A DNA stretch of 64,000 nt from an uncultured Gammaproteobacteria bacterium (GCA_963721085.1 CAVRHW010000004.1:51744-115743); one strand, 5' to 3'. Shown: positions 33,009 through 45,378, counted from the first letter of the stretch. Numbers and translations: made by a program. Notes: a model not told the origin generated them from the letters alone.

Positions 33009-33452
33009 TTACTGTTTCAGGCTAAGAATTTTTGCACCCTTTGCCGGCAGCTCCTGGTCACGATAACGTTGATCCAGTGTCTCCAGCGCCTGTCTGAATT
33101 CTGCAATCAGACGCAGCTGGATATCGTTGCTTCTATGATCATAAAACACGATTTCACAGGGCATGGCATCGCTCAGCGAATCTCGATCATGCGAATGCGG
33201 AAACTGCCACGCAATAAGAATCAGACGCCCGCCCTCGTCTTTTGATACTGCATAGGACTGGCTGTCGACAAAAATAATTTCCTTTTTATCCATCACCGCC
33301 AGAAACTGCATAGTGCGTATAGGGACGAACACATGCCCCGTCTCACTCCGGCTCAAAAGTGCTCTGTATAAATTATAGAGCGCTGCAGGCACCGACCAGG
33401 GCCTTCTTTCAACTTCCGTTGGCAGGAAAAAGGTTTCTGTCACAGTAGACAT
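33009..33452 (-). CDS. Hypothetical protein, 147 aa
   Basis: Intact ORF with no signal peptide and no family I can assign. Confidence 0.4.
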   Translation of the reverse strand: MSTVTETFFLPTEVERRPWSVPAALYNLYRALLSRSETGHVFVPIRTMQFLAVMDKKEIIFVDSQSYAVSKDEGGRLILIAWQFPHSHDRDSLSDAMPCEIVFYDHRSNDIQLRLIAEFRQALETLDQRYRDQELPAKGAKILSLKQ

Positions 33453-33567
33453 TCGATAAACTCTGCTCAGAAAATCAAGTAACGTTATCTATAATAGCAC
33501 CACGTGGCACCTATATAGGTAATTCGTCGAGTCATACCGTACAATAAAGCCCGTCATCGTCAGGAGG

Positions 33568-35374
33568 ATGATCATGGTCTCAGAGTCTGAAAAACCGAAC
33601 GAAGAATTAGAATCAATAATACGCCATGAAGAGGTGCGCATGCTTTATGACAGCATGCCATTTTCATCTTTAGCATCAGTTATTGCAAGTTTTACTATGT
33701 TCGTCGTACTTTATAACCACGTAGACTCTACCCGCCTTCTGACTGCATGGATTTCAATTATGCTATTATAGTTATACTCAGAGCCTGGAACGCTTTGCAA
33801 TATAGCCGCGCTGATGATTACTTCACAAAAAAACCCGGTCTGGGGCAAGCGTTTTCTTATCGGCTCAACAATTAGCAGGCTTCTGGTGGGGAATGCTATC
33901 CTGGTTTGGTCACTCAGCTAGATAGCGCGTATCAGGCACTAATTGTCATCGCTATCGTCGGCGTTGCAGGTGGCGCGATGTCGATCCTGTACTTATCGCT
34001 GGCAGACCATTGCTTATTTCCTTATCCCCGCACTCGGACTTACTTGAACTCAGATTACTTTTTGAAAGTGATACATTTTCAAGAACAATTTCATTTTTAC
34101 TGCTGGTATTTATTTTTTTCACGCTTTCAATTTCACGCAAAATTTACAAAAACACCAACCAGAACGTCCGCCTGCGTATCGAGGCCGACTTCCGTGAACG
34201 CGCATTGATTGAAGCAAAAGAAGAGGCAGAGCGCGCCAATCGTGCCAAGTCCAGTTTTCTTTCCAGAATGTCGCACGACTTGCGAACACCACTGAATGCT
34301 ATTCTCGGGTTTTCTCAACTACTCAAGTACGATCCGGAAATAAATAGCACACAACGCGCCAATACCATGGAGATCATTGCGGCCGGAAAACACCTGCTCG
34401 ACCTGGTCAACCAGATTCTTGACCTGGCCAAAATCGAAGAAGGAAAGCTACAGGTTCACCTCAAGCAGATCTGGCTGGAGGACGTCCTGGCAGACTGCCA
34501 TTCTTTAATAAAACCAATGGCCGCCGAAAAACAGATACAGCTCAATTTTGATTCCTGCCAGGGCAACATAGTCAACGCAGACAGGACTCGCCTTAAACAG
34601 ATATTACTTAATCTTCTCAGCAATGCAATCAAATACAATCATCATCTCGGTACAGTTAGTCTGCACTGTCATGCAATATCAGAGACTCGTGTTCGTATTG
34701 AAATTATGACAACGGAGAAGGTATTCCAGCCAACCTGCAGAACCGTTTATTTCTACCATTTAACAGGCTTGGGGATGAAACACAAAAAAACGAAGGCACC
34801 GGCATCGGACTGTCGATAGCCAAACATCTGACCGAAATTATGGGCGGGCAGATTGGTTTTGAAAGCGTGGCAGATAAAGGGAGCACCTTCTGGATCGAGC
34901 TTGACGGTGCAATCAGCGATACCGCACCAGCAACCACAAGGCCTGCATACGAAGAAGAGGAATACACGCCGCCTACCCTCAGCACCATCGAAACCAATGC
35001 GCTAACTAAAATTCTTGTCGTTGAGGACAACATTACCAACCGTAAGCTCATTGCAAGCCAGCTCAATGTTCTGGGTTATCATTTCGACCTGGCCAGCAAC
35101 GGCAAGGAAGCACTGGCTTTACATGAAAAACATAATTACACAATGATACTTGCAGACTGCAATATGCCTGTGATGGATGGCTATCAGCTTGCCAGCGCAG
35201 TACGTCGAATCGGGTGATAACAAAACCCCCATTATTGCGCTTACCGCCGACGCATTTCCTGAAAGCGAAATCAAATGCCGTAATGCCGGCATGAATGATC
35301 GCATGGTAAAACCAGTGACTCTTAAAAGATTAAAAGCTACACTCAGCAAATGGCAACACGCGACACAGACCTGA
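33568..35374 (+). CDS. Hybrid sensor histidine kinase (membrane sensor, HisKA, HATPase, REC); at least 4 frameshifts
   Basis: Hydrophobic N-terminal fragments (33568..33771, 33906..34208). H-box SRMSHDLRTPLNAILGF. The ATPase fragment resumes in another frame at ~34702 (NGEGIPANLQNRLFLPFNRL...GTGIGLSIAK). REC fragments LVVEDNITNRK...ILADCNMPVMDGY and IIALTADAF. Confidence 0.65.
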
Positions 35375-35412
35375 TATTTACAACATCTGATCACGACAAG
35401 ACAGAGGACATC

Positions 35413-35688
35413 ATGACCCGGCCAAGCGAAAAAGAACTCGAATCTGCGATCGCAATGGCGGAGCAAATGCGCGACGAACATAATGACCCACACTTAATCG
35501 CAAAATCTTTACTGAGCGAGCATTACCGGGCCCAGTATTTACAGGAAGTGTTACTGGCAGCCGATCGTTATATAAATCTGGGGATGGCAGAAACTGAACG
35601 AACCCATCTGATACGTGCTATTGAAAAAGCCAAGAACCTGGAATCCTACAGCACACACCAGAGCCACGATGACTTTGGGCTGGAATAA
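35413..35688 (+). CDS. Hypothetical small protein, 91 aa
   Basis: ATG preceded by AGAGGA; helical and acidic; no recognisable family. Confidence 0.4.
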   Translation: MTRPSEKELESAIAMAEQMRDEHNDPHLIAKSLLSEHYRAQYLQEVLLAADRYINLGMAETERTHLIRAIEKAKNLESYSTHQSHDDFGLE

Positions 35689-35696
35689 GACAACAG

Positions 35697-37433
35697 CTAT
35701 GGTGTAACAGAAATAACCTTCGCCTCGCCTTCGCCTCGCCTGTCAGACGCCGCCTGCAGGCGACCGGTTAGCTTATTCCTGATCACTACCTGCATATTAC
35801 CGAACGTGGAAGCCATCTCTTTCAGATGATAATGTTCGGCCTTGAGCTCAGTCACCTGGCTGGCACTAAGTGCGCCAGGTTCGTAGTAGACTTCATCTGG
35901 AAGATACTGGTGATGTATTCGCGGCAAGTCCACCATCTGCTGCGCATCTGCGCCCTGATCAAAATCCAGCATGGCACGAAACACCATGGTAATAATGCGG
36001 CTACCACCCGGTGTTCCCAGTACCCCAATACGTTTCTTTGTTTCGACAAAACTGGGCGTCATGCTTGATAGCATGCGTTTTCCGGGTGCGATTGCATTCG
36101 CCTCCGCACCAATCAGTCCATACACGTTTGGCGTGCCCGGACGTGAAGAAAAATCGTCCATTTCATCGTTGAGCAATATACCTGTGCCCGCAGCAACAAA
36201 ACATGAGCCAAAGGGATAATTGATCGACATGGTCGCTGAAACACGATTGCCATACTGATCAATGATTGAAAAATGCGTAGTATCAGCGGCTTTTTTTCCA
36301 CCTGCAATTACAGGCGTGAGATCCGCGCTGGGCGTCGCATATTCAGGATCATAATTTTTCAACAAATCTCTGGCATGTTTTTCCGAGATCAGGGTTTGTA
36401 CAGGCACGTCAACATAATCGCTGTCACCCAGATATTCTGCGCGATCATGATACGCACGCCGCATCACTTCTATCAGAGCATGAAGCCGTTGCTTGCTGTC
36501 GAGATGCTGATAGTCGAGCTGTTCCAGCATCAGCGACATCTGTGCGATCGCAACCCCGCCTGAGGACGGCGGCATCAGACTGGTAATCTTCATATCACGA
36601 TAATGCGTTACCAGAGGTTTACGTTCGACCACCGAGTATTCCGCCAGGTCTTTGTGGCTCCAGATGCCGCCGTGTTTACGCACGGCTGCTACCAGCTTGT
36701 CCGCAATTTCACCTCGGTAAAAACCGTCTGCGCCGTGCTTCGCAATCAGCTCGAGCGTATGCGCAAGGTCGGCCTGTACAATGCGATTATGCAGATCCGG
36801 AACCTGGTAATCTTTCAGAAAAATACTGGCGGCAGCTTCGTTTGCGCTGAGCGTATCAAGACGAAACCGGGCAAGGCGCCGATAATGTTCACCGACCTCA
36901 AAACCGGTGCGCGCATACTGAATTGCCGGCTGCAAAGATTGTGACAATGGTAATCTGCCATATTGTTTTGCGATATGCGCAAGCGCCGCAGGTTCACCCG
37001 GTATCCCGGCCGACAAAGGCCCATCGATGGAAGCGCGCGGAATCACTTCGCCTTTGGCATCGAGATACATATCGCGAGTCGCGGCCAGTGGCGCGCGCTC
37101 ACGACCATCGATGACCACATCACGATTATCTTTTGCAATATGCAATAACCAGAAACCACCGCCACCGAGCCCTGAACTGTAGGGCTCAACCACTGCCAGC
37201 GCTGCCGATACCGCCACCGCCGCATCAAAAGCATTCCCGCCCTGCTGCAAAATTTTCAGGCCGGCCTGTGTCGCAAGAGGATGTGCGCTGGCAATGGCGG
37301 CCTGCGTGTTGGCGCGCGGCGGCGTCTCTGTTCGCGGCGAAACACAGGCTGCCGTCTGCACCAGCAGCACACAGACGACTGCAAGGCGAAGAATCGGCGC
37401 AAAACGAGCAGGGTTATTTTGGGTAAAGTGCAT
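35697..37433 (-). CDS. ggt: Gamma-glutamyltranspeptidase
   Basis: Signal peptide; catalytic threonine region TTHFSIIDQYGN; GGSRIIT motif. Confidence 0.85.
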   Translation of the reverse strand: MHFTQNNPARFAPILRLAVVCVLLVQTAACVSPRTETPPRANTQAAIASAHPLATQAGLKILQQGGNAFDAAVAVSAALAVVEPYSSGLGGGGFWLLHIAKDNRDVVIDGRERAPLAATRDMYLDAKGEVIPRASIDGPLSAGIPGEPAALAHIAKQYGRLPLSQSLQPAIQYARTGFEVGEHYRRLARFRLDTLSANEAAASIFLKDYQVPDLHNRIVQADLAHTLELIAKHGADGFYRGEIADKLVAAVRKHGGIWSHKDLAEYSVVERKPLVTHYRDMKITSLMPPSSGGVAIAQMSLMLEQLDYQHLDSKQRLHALIEVMRRAYHDRAEYLGDSDYVDVPVQTLISEKHARDLLKNYDPEYATPSADLTPVIAGGKKAADTTHFSIIDQYGNRVSATMSINYPFGSCFVAAGTGILLNDEMDDFSSRPGTPNVYGLIGAEANAIAPGKRMLSSMTPSFVETKKRIGVLGTPGGSRIITMVFRAMLDFDQGADAQQMVDLPRIHHQYLPDEVYYEPGALSASQVTELKAEHYHLKEMASTFGNMQVVIRNKLTGRLQAASDRRGEGEAKVISVTP

Positions 37434-37447
37434 GCAGTAATTTGAAA

Positions 37448-37705
<258 letters not shown>

Positions 37706-37751
37706 TCACAGGAATAAAAATTAAAAAAAGCGCTGATAAACTCAGGTCAGA

Positions 37752-38240
<489 letters not shown>

Positions 38241-38834
38241 TCACTCCTGCGTTCTGCTGAACAGATAATAAGCCACCTGCCCGGCACGTTTCTGTTTCAG
38301 CGGCCGCCATCCGACAGGCACCACCGGCTCACTGGCCGCCTCGCACTCAAGATAGATTTTAGCATTGCCAGCCAGCCAGTCGCCCTGCTCCAGCAAGGCA
38401 CAACAGGGCGTGAGCAGGCCTGACTGGTACGGCGGATCGACAAATACCAGATCAAACACCGGAGTATCAGGATCACGCCCTGCCTGCAAAAACGCCATGG
38501 TATCACGCTGCACTACTTTTGCCTGCACCGCGGACAGTGTTGTTATATTGTGCGATAAGGCCTGAGCGGCTGCCTTATCCTGTTCCAGCAGCAGCACTTC
38601 CCGCGCACCACGAGAAGCCGCTTCCAGACCCAGGGCACCACTACCGGCGAACAGGTCCAGGCACACGCTGCCGGGCACCTCTGCCTGTAACCAGTTAAAC
38701 AGGGTCTCGCGAACACGATCGGGGGTCGGCCGCAAACCGGGACGATCAGGAAAATGAAGTATCCGCCGGCGCCAGCGCCCGCCGATGATGCGCAGGCTGC
38801 CAGCACCAGACTGTGGGTGTACAGAAGATTTCAC
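38241..38834 (-). CDS. rsmD: 16S rRNA (guanine966-N2)-methyltransferase
   Basis: LDLFAGSGALGLEAASRGA and DPPY motifs. Confidence 0.85.
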   Translation of the reverse strand: MKSSVHPQSGAGSLRIIGGRWRRRILHFPDRPGLRPTPDRVRETLFNWLQAEVPGSVCLDLFAGSGALGLEAASRGAREVLLLEQDKAAAQALSHNITTLSAVQAKVVQRDTMAFLQAGRDPDTPVFDLVFVDPPYQSGLLTPCCALLEQGDWLAGNAKIYLECEAASEPVVPVGWRPLKQKRAGQVAYYLFSRTQE

Positions 38835-38855
38835 GAGGACAAGCCTCGTCGTGGT

Positions 38856-40190
38856 TCAGTGCTTAGTTTCGCTTTTTGTATCGCTACTGCCAACCACCAC
38901 GGTCACCATTCGATCAGGGTGCAGACGCTGTTGCATCGCAGTATGCGCCTGTTCGGCGGTCACCGCTTTCACGCGCGAGACAAAGGTCTGCAAATAATCC
39001 ATCGGCAAATCATAAAAACCAATCATCGAGATATAGCCCAGCAATTTACTGTTGCTATCCAGATTGAGCGGAAAACTGCCGACGATATTATCAATACTGG
39101 TCTTCATTTCATCTGCACTCGGGCCTTCCTTGAGATAGTTTGCAAGTTCACTGCGCAACAATCCCAGCGACTCTTCGGTTTTATCCGTGCGCGTTTGCAA
39201 AGTCATCACAAACGGTCCTGCAGCATGCATCGGCGCAAAATAGCTGTACACACTGTAGGCCAGGCCACGCTTTTCGCGTACCGCTTTCATCAGACGTGAA
39301 GAAAAACCACTGCCACCAAGCGGAAAATTGCCTACGTACAGCGGCATATAATCTTTATCGCCGCGTTTCATTCCTGGCTGGCCAACAATGATATGGCTTT
39401 GTTGCGAAGGGTATTCAATGCGAATGACCTGTGATTTCTTGAGCTCAGGCACAGGCGGTAAGGCAGGCGCGCGCTCACCGGCTGGCAAGGATGAGGTTAA
39501 CTGTGTCGCCAGAGCTTCAGCCTGAGCGCGATCAACCGCACCTACAATCGCAATCACTGCATTTTTAGCCACATAATATTGATGATAGAAATGACGCACA
39601 TCATCAAGTGTCAGATGCTTCAGACTTTGCAAAGTGCCATCGACCGGTGTTGCATACGGATGACTGCCGTATACCGCTTTAAAAAAGGCTTCTTCGGCAA
39701 TCGCTTCCGGAGATTGCTGGCGCGATTCTGCGGCCACTTTCATATGCGCCAGCTCTCGCGCAAAAGCCACTTTGGGGAAATCCGGTGCGGTCAACACACT
39801 GGTCAGGGTTTTGATTGCAGTATCCAGATATTTTTTATCGGTCAGGCTGCGCACACTCACAAAAGCCATGTCGCGGAGTGAGTCATTGTCGAATTCCGCA
39901 CCCACCGATTCGAACTGCTCTGCGATTTTCTGTGCTGGCATTCCTGCTGCGCCTTCGGCAAGCAGGCCATTGGTGAGCGCGGCAAGACCGCTCTTACCCG
40001 CATCGCGCGCGCTGCCCGCATCAAAAACAATCCGGATATCCACCATCGGAAGGCTCGGTTCGGGCACGAATACTACTCGACTGCCATTAGTCGTAGTCCA
40101 GTGCTGTATCGTGGGTATCGCCTGCGCCAGCGATGGCAATATCAGCACCACTGCCAGCACGGTGGTTTTAAGCAAGATCTTAACGTTCAT
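38856..40190 (-). CDS. M16-family zinc peptidase-like protein (second subunit of a tandem pair; no HxxEH motif)
   Basis: Signal peptide MNVKILLKTTVLAVVLILPSLAQA; insulinase-fold sequence; start at ATG 40190 preceded by GGGAG. Confidence 0.7.
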   Translation of the reverse strand: MNVKILLKTTVLAVVLILPSLAQAIPTIQHWTTTNGSRVVFVPEPSLPMVDIRIVFDAGSARDAGKSGLAALTNGLLAEGAAGMPAQKIAEQFESVGAEFDNDSLRDMAFVSVRSLTDKKYLDTAIKTLTSVLTAPDFPKVAFARELAHMKVAAESRQQSPEAIAEEAFFKAVYGSHPYATPVDGTLQSLKHLTLDDVRHFYHQYYVAKNAVIAIVGAVDRAQAEALATQLTSSLPAGERAPALPPVPELKKSQVIRIEYPSQQSHIIVGQPGMKRGDKDYMPLYVGNFPLGGSGFSSRLMKAVREKRGLAYSVYSYFAPMHAAGPFVMTLQTRTDKTEESLGLLRSELANYLKEGPSADEMKTSIDNIVGSFPLNLDSNSKLLGYISMIGFYDLPMDYLQTFVSRVKAVTAEQAHTAMQQRLHPDRMVTVVVGSSDTKSETKH

Positions 40191-41590
40191 TTTGTACTCC
40201 CACCGGCATATCAGGCACCACAGCATTTTTGTCCGTCGGTAGAGGATCCAGCACCGCCACGGTCAGGTCATTGTCCACCAGATATTTTTTCGCCACAGCC
40301 TGCACCTGCTCAGGGGTCACCGCGCGAACACCTGCCACATATTCCTGCTTCTTATGCCAGCCAAGACCGACCGTTTCGAGCATACCCAGCTGCATCGCCT
40401 GATAAAAATTGGAATCCTGCTGGTATACATTGGAAGCAATCACCTGTGCGATCACGCGATCCAGTTCTTTGCGATCAGGAGGCGTGTTCTGGATATCCTG
40501 TATTTGTTGCTTGAACGCCGCCTCGATCACATCGGTTGCAACCTTATTTGCAGGCACCGCCGAAAGCACAAAGCTGCTTTCCTGGCGCGCGTATAAATCG
40601 TAACTCACACCCACACTGGTCGCGAGCTCGCGCCCGCGCACCAGGTTTTTCTCCAGCCGAGCACTGTTGCCACCATCGAGCAAACCTGCCAGCACTTCCA
40701 GCGCATAGGCATCCGAGGGTTTGTTCGCGGTTTTCAGTACAGGCACTTTATACCCCATGATGAGATAGGGGACTTTCGCTGGAATTTTGACCGTCACCCG
40801 CTGTGTGCCCAGCTGTTTTACTTCGTGCCGCGGTTTTAATTTCGGAATCACCGAAGGTTTCAGGCCGCCAAAATATTTCCGCGCCATTTCAAAAACCTTG
40901 TTGGGCTCCACGTCTCCGACCACGACCAGAGTGGCATTATTCGGTGCGTACCAGGTTTTGTACCAGGTCGCGCACGTCTTTTATGGTCAATGAATTAAGA
41001 TCTTCCATCCAGCCGATAATCGGATGATGGTAAGGATTATTGGTATAAAACAGGGCATTAAATCGTTCATTAGTCAAAGCCGTCGGAACATCCTCGGTGC
41101 GCAGGCGGCGTTCTTCTTTTACCACCTGGAGTTCTTTGAGAAAATCTGATTTATTGAGACTGAGGTTATGCATCCGATCAGCCTCCATCTCCAGACACAG
41201 CGCAAGGTGTTTATTAGAGATCATCTGGAAATAAGCAGTGTAATCCTTGGAGGTAAATGCATTCTCCCGACCACCATTCGCCGCAATGATCCGGGAAAAC
41301 TCGCCAGCAGGGTGTTTTGGCGTACCCTTGAACATCATATGCTCGAGCATATGCGATACCCCGGTGATGCCATCAGGCTCATAGCTGCTGCCCACCTTGT
41401 ACCAGACCTGCGACACCACTACCGGCGCGCGCTTATTCTCGACCACCAGCACTTTCAGGCCATTATTCAGCTCGTACGAATGTACATTACCACTGCAACA
41501 GGTGACGAGGGCTTGTGTGAAGAAGACTGAAACAGGATCACGCCGAGCGCAATGACCACAATAACCAGTAACAACAGAAGTTTACGCATG
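40180..41590 (-). CDS. M16-family zinc metallopeptidase (HxxEH active site; frameshifts near 40925-40940 and 41515)
   Basis: Signal peptide MRKLLLLLVIVVIALG; HMLEHMMFKGT zinc motif; the C-terminal domain continues in fragment 40180..40923. Confidence 0.7.
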
Positions 41591-41664
41591 TTCAAATAAA
41601 ATCCTTAATCTTGTCAGTGGGCGATGATAGGATATCCAGCACTTCGACACCACTCGCAAACATT

Positions 41665-42640
41665 ATGTTCGGTTTCAAAAAACGCTCTCAGGAAGTTTCT
41701 GACAACGCCACTCAGGCAACAGACGGGTCCGATCTTGCTAATAAGCTGAGCAAAACACGCCGCGGCTTTACTGACAACATGGCCGATTTTTTTCTCGGCA
41801 AAAAAGAAATCGATCAGGAGGCCCTGGACGAACTCGAAACCAGCCTGCTCAGTGCAGATGTAGGCATGGATGCAAGCACAAAAATCATCACCAGTTTACA
41901 TGAACAAACTCAGCCGCAAGGCCCTGTCGAGCCAGCACGCTCTGAATCTTGCACTGGGCGATGTGATGACAGACATCCTCCGCCCCTGCCAGGTTCCACT
42001 GGATTTGCAAACGCATAAAAAACCTTTTGTGATTCTGGTCGTCGGCATCAATGGCGCCGGCAAGACAACGACGATTGGCAAGCTGGCACATTATTACAAA
42101 CAGCAGGGCCATAGCGTCATGCTGGCGGCTGGCGATACCTTTCGCGCAGCCGCCGTGGAGCAGCTGCAGACCTGGGGTAAACGCAATGATATCAGCGTGG
42201 TTGCACAGGGTAACGGCGCCGATCCCGCCTCGGTGATTTTTGACGCGGTGCAATCCGCCGCCGCACGAAACATCGACGTCGTCATCGCAGATACCGCTGG
42301 ACGTTTGCACACCCAGAGCAACCTGATGGACGAGCTGGAAAAAATCAAACGCGTGATGAAAAAAATCGATGCCGATGCACCGCACGAAGTTCTGCTGGTG
42401 CTCGATGCCGGATTCGGCCAGAACGCTCTGCAGCAGGCCGAACAGTTTCACAAAACACTGGGCCTCACCGGCCTTGCTGTGACCAAGCTCGACGGTACTG
42501 CAAAAGGTGGTATCGTATTCGCCATTGCCAGCAAACTGGGGCTGCCGATTCGTTTCATTGGTGTCGGCGAGGGAATCAAGGATCTTCGACCGTTTGTCGC
42601 AAAGGATTTTGTTGCAGCGCTCCTTTCAACCAATGAATAA
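41665..42640 (+). CDS. ftsY: Signal recognition particle receptor FtsY (frameshift near 41890-41930)
   Basis: N-terminal MFGFKKR...LSKTRRGF. The NG-domain fragment has GINGAGKTTTIGKLA, DTAGR and GVGEG. Confidence 0.8.
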
Positions 42641-42722
42641 TTGAATAATGAATAATGAACAATTAAAAACAAAGCAACAACGGATACAAGCATTATTCAT
42701 TATTCATTATTCACTATTCATT
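42631..42722 (+). repeat. Inverted repeat made of (AATGAATA)n units spanning the ftsY stop to the ftsE start
   Basis: AATGAATAATTGAATAATGAATAATGAA (42631-58) is complementary to CATTATTCATTATTCATTATTCACTATTCATT (42691-722); about a 28-bp stem with a 30-nt loop. Confidence 0.6.
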
Positions 42723-42732
42723 GCTTTTACCC

Positions 42733-43413
42733 GTGATTAATTTCGATAATGTAAACAAACGCTACCCCGGTGGCCACGAAGCACTGAGCAACCTCAGCTT
42801 TCGGGTACCCAAAGGCAAGATGGCGTTCATCACCGGCCATTCCGGTGCCGGCAAAAGCACCCTGCTGAAACTGCTGGCGATGATCGAGCGCCCGAGTCGC
42901 GGCCAGATTATTCTCGACGGGGTCAATCTCAACCACATCAGTAATCGCCGCGTGCCTTACATCCGGCGCAATATTGGTATCGTGTTCCAGAACCACCACC
43001 TGCTGTACGACCGCCCGGTGTTCGACAATGTCGCCATGCCGCTGGTGATCCTGGGCTTTCGTCACAGAGAAATCAGCAAGCGGGTACGCGCTGCGCTGGA
43101 CCAGGTCGGTTTACTGAAAAAAGAAAAATCGGATCCGATCACGCTCTCCGGTGGTGAACAGCAACGCGTCGGCATCGCCCGCGCCATCGTTCACAAACCC
43201 GGCCTGTTGCTGGCTGACGAGCCCACCGGCAATCTGGACCCGGAACTGTCGCTGGAAATCATGCGCCTGTTCGAACGCTTCAATCAGGTCGGCACCACGG
43301 TGATGATCGCCAGCCACGCGCTGGAACTGATCGACGAACTCGGCGCACCCAAGATCAGCCTCAAGGATGGCTGCCTGGTGCACGATGACCTGGCGCATCG
43401 AGGTGCCCGCTGA
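42733..43413 (+). CDS. ftsE: Cell-division ABC ATPase FtsE
   Basis: GHSGAGKST Walker A, LSGGEQQRVGIARA signature; GTG start assumed (VINFDNVNKRY). Confidence 0.85.
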   Translation: MINFDNVNKRYPGGHEALSNLSFRVPKGKMAFITGHSGAGKSTLLKLLAMIERPSRGQIILDGVNLNHISNRRVPYIRRNIGIVFQNHHLLYDRPVFDNVAMPLVILGFRHREISKRVRAALDQVGLLKKEKSDPITLSGGEQQRVGIARAIVHKPGLLLADEPTGNLDPELSLEIMRLFERFNQVGTTVMIASHALELIDELGAPKISLKDGCLVHDDLAHRGAR

Positions 43414-44357
43414 TGGCGCCGACCAGCCCACAGAACAGTCTGTTCACCGCCTACCTGGCGCACCACCTGCGGGTTTTTATCGCCAGTCTTGGCCATCTCA
43501 GCCGGGCACCGATGGCCACCCTGATGACCAGCGCGGTGATCGCTATCGCACTGGCTCTGCCCAGCGGCATGTTCGTCGTGCTGGAAAATGTCAGCGGCCT
43601 GAGCCATAGCTGGGACGGTTCAACCCAGATTTCGCTGTATCTGAAAAACTCGGTCAGCGTGGATCAGGCGCAAAACATGGCCGATCGTCTGCGCCTGCAT
43701 CACGATATCGATTCTGTCGATCTGGTCAACAAGGCCGACGGCCTGAAGCAGTTCACTGCCGCCTCGGGTTTTGGTGACGCCCTGAAATATCTCGATGAAA
43801 ATCCGCTGCCGAATGTGCTGATCGTTCAGCCTCACATTGATACCACTCAACCCGATGCTGTCAATAAACTGCTGCAACAGTTGCAGGCCGAACCCCAGGT
43901 GGATACCGCTCAGCTCGACATGCAATGGGTGAAACGGCTCTACACATTGCTCGAACTGGCACAACGTGCGGTCTGGATTATCGGCGGCCTGCTGGCGCTG
44001 GCGGTGCTGCTGATCATCGGCAATACCATCCGTCTCGATATCGAAAACCGGCGCGCGGAAATCGAGGTATCCAAACTGATCGGTGCCTCCAACGCTTTTG
44101 TTCGCCGACCTTTTCTTTACACCGGGCTGTGGTACGGACTGCTCGGCGGCGTGTTCGCCTGGCTGCTGACCTCGGCCTCGCTGGGGCTGCTCGACGACCC
44201 GGTACAACGCCTTTCAGGGCTGTATAACAGCAATTTCAGCCTTAGCGGCCTGAGTTTCAGCCAGGTGCTCAATCTGGTCGCAATGAGCTGTGTACTCGGC
44301 CTGCTGGGCTCCTGGCTGGCTGTCAGCCGTCACCTCAGCGAAATCGAACCCAGCTGA
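43413..44357 (+). CDS. ftsX: Cell-division permease-like FtsX
   Basis: Four TM segments, FtsX fold, translationally coupled to ftsE. Confidence 0.85.
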   Translation: MAPTSPQNSLFTAYLAHHLRVFIASLGHLSRAPMATLMTSAVIAIALALPSGMFVVLENVSGLSHSWDGSTQISLYLKNSVSVDQAQNMADRLRLHHDIDSVDLVNKADGLKQFTAASGFGDALKYLDENPLPNVLIVQPHIDTTQPDAVNKLLQQLQAEPQVDTAQLDMQWVKRLYTLLELAQRAVWIIGGLLALAVLLIIGNTIRLDIENRRAEIEVSKLIGASNAFVRRPFLYTGLWYGLLGGVFAWLLTSASLGLLDDPVQRLSGLYNSNFSLSGLSFSQVLNLVAMSCVLGLLGSWLAVSRHLSEIEPS

Positions 44358-44453
44358 GCCTGATCAAATTTTCTCGCAGAACTTTTGCCAGGATTAGCAC
44401 TCCTATTGCATGAGTGCTAAAATGTGCATAGATAGAAATCAACGGAGGCTTCA

Positions 44454-45308
44454 ATGACTACTGCCCTGATACCTGTTAAGCAACAGATTGCTGTCAGTGT
44501 TAACACCCTGGATAGCTATATACGCTATGCCAACAGCATAGCTGTGCTTGATGCCGACCAGGAAAAAGCTCTGGCTATTCGGCTCCAGCAGGACAATGAT
44601 ATCGAAGCTGCGCAACAACTGATCCTGTCCAACCTGCGTTTTGTGGTCAAAATCGCCCGCGGTTACATGGGCTACGGCCTGCAGCTCGCTGACCTGATCC
44701 AGGAAGGCAATATCGGTTTGATGAAAGCGGTGAAACGTTTTTCGCCCGATCATAACGTACGTCTGATTTCTTACGCGGTACACTGGATCAAGGCCGAAAT
44801 TCACGAATATGTGCTGCGCAACTGGCGCATTGTCAAAGTGGCCACCACCAAGGCACAACGCAAACTGTTCTTCAAACTGCGTAGCAATAAGAAACGTCTG
44901 GGCTGGTTCAATGCTGACGAAGTCAACCAGGTGGCTGCCGACCTTGGCGTTAAGCCCGAGACCGTGCTGGAAATGGAATCACGTCTCAGCGGCAGTGATG
45001 TTGCTTTCGATATGTCACACGATGATGATGACGATGCTTATGCGCCAGCAGCGTATCTCAGCAACCAGAACGCCGGCCCTGCGGCCGAACTGGAAGCGGA
45101 TGATACCCAGTCACAGGACCTGGATACCATGACACAGTCGCTGGCCACGCTCGATGACCGCAGCCGTGACATTATTCAGCAGCGCTGGCTGAGCGATGAC
45201 AAAAGCACGCTGCACGAACTGGCCAGTAAATACCAGATTTCAGCTGAGCGTGTGCGCCAGCTGGAAAACAACGCGCTGAAAAAACTGCGTACCTCATTCG
45301 CAACCTGA
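44454..45308 (+). CDS. rpoH: RNA polymerase sigma-32
   Basis: RpoH box QRKLFFKLR; sigma70 regions 2 and 4. Confidence 0.9.
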   Translation: MTTALIPVKQQIAVSVNTLDSYIRYANSIAVLDADQEKALAIRLQQDNDIEAAQQLILSNLRFVVKIARGYMGYGLQLADLIQEGNIGLMKAVKRFSPDHNVRLISYAVHWIKAEIHEYVLRNWRIVKVATTKAQRKLFFKLRSNKKRLGWFNADEVNQVAADLGVKPETVLEMESRLSGSDVAFDMSHDDDDDAYAPAAYLSNQNAGPAAELEADDTQSQDLDTMTQSLATLDDRSRDIIQQRWLSDDKSTLHELASKYQISAERVRQLENNALKKLRTSFAT

Positions 45309-45327
45309 AACAACAATTTCTACGATT

Positions 45328-45356
45328 AAAAAAAGCGGGCTTAAGCCCGCTTTTTT
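45328..45356. terminator. Bidirectional terminator shared by rpoH (+) and the cytochrome gene (-)
   Basis: aaaaaaAGCGGGCTTAAGCCCGCtttttt. Confidence 0.7.
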
Positions 45357-45378
45357 ATTGCATTCATATCAACAATAA

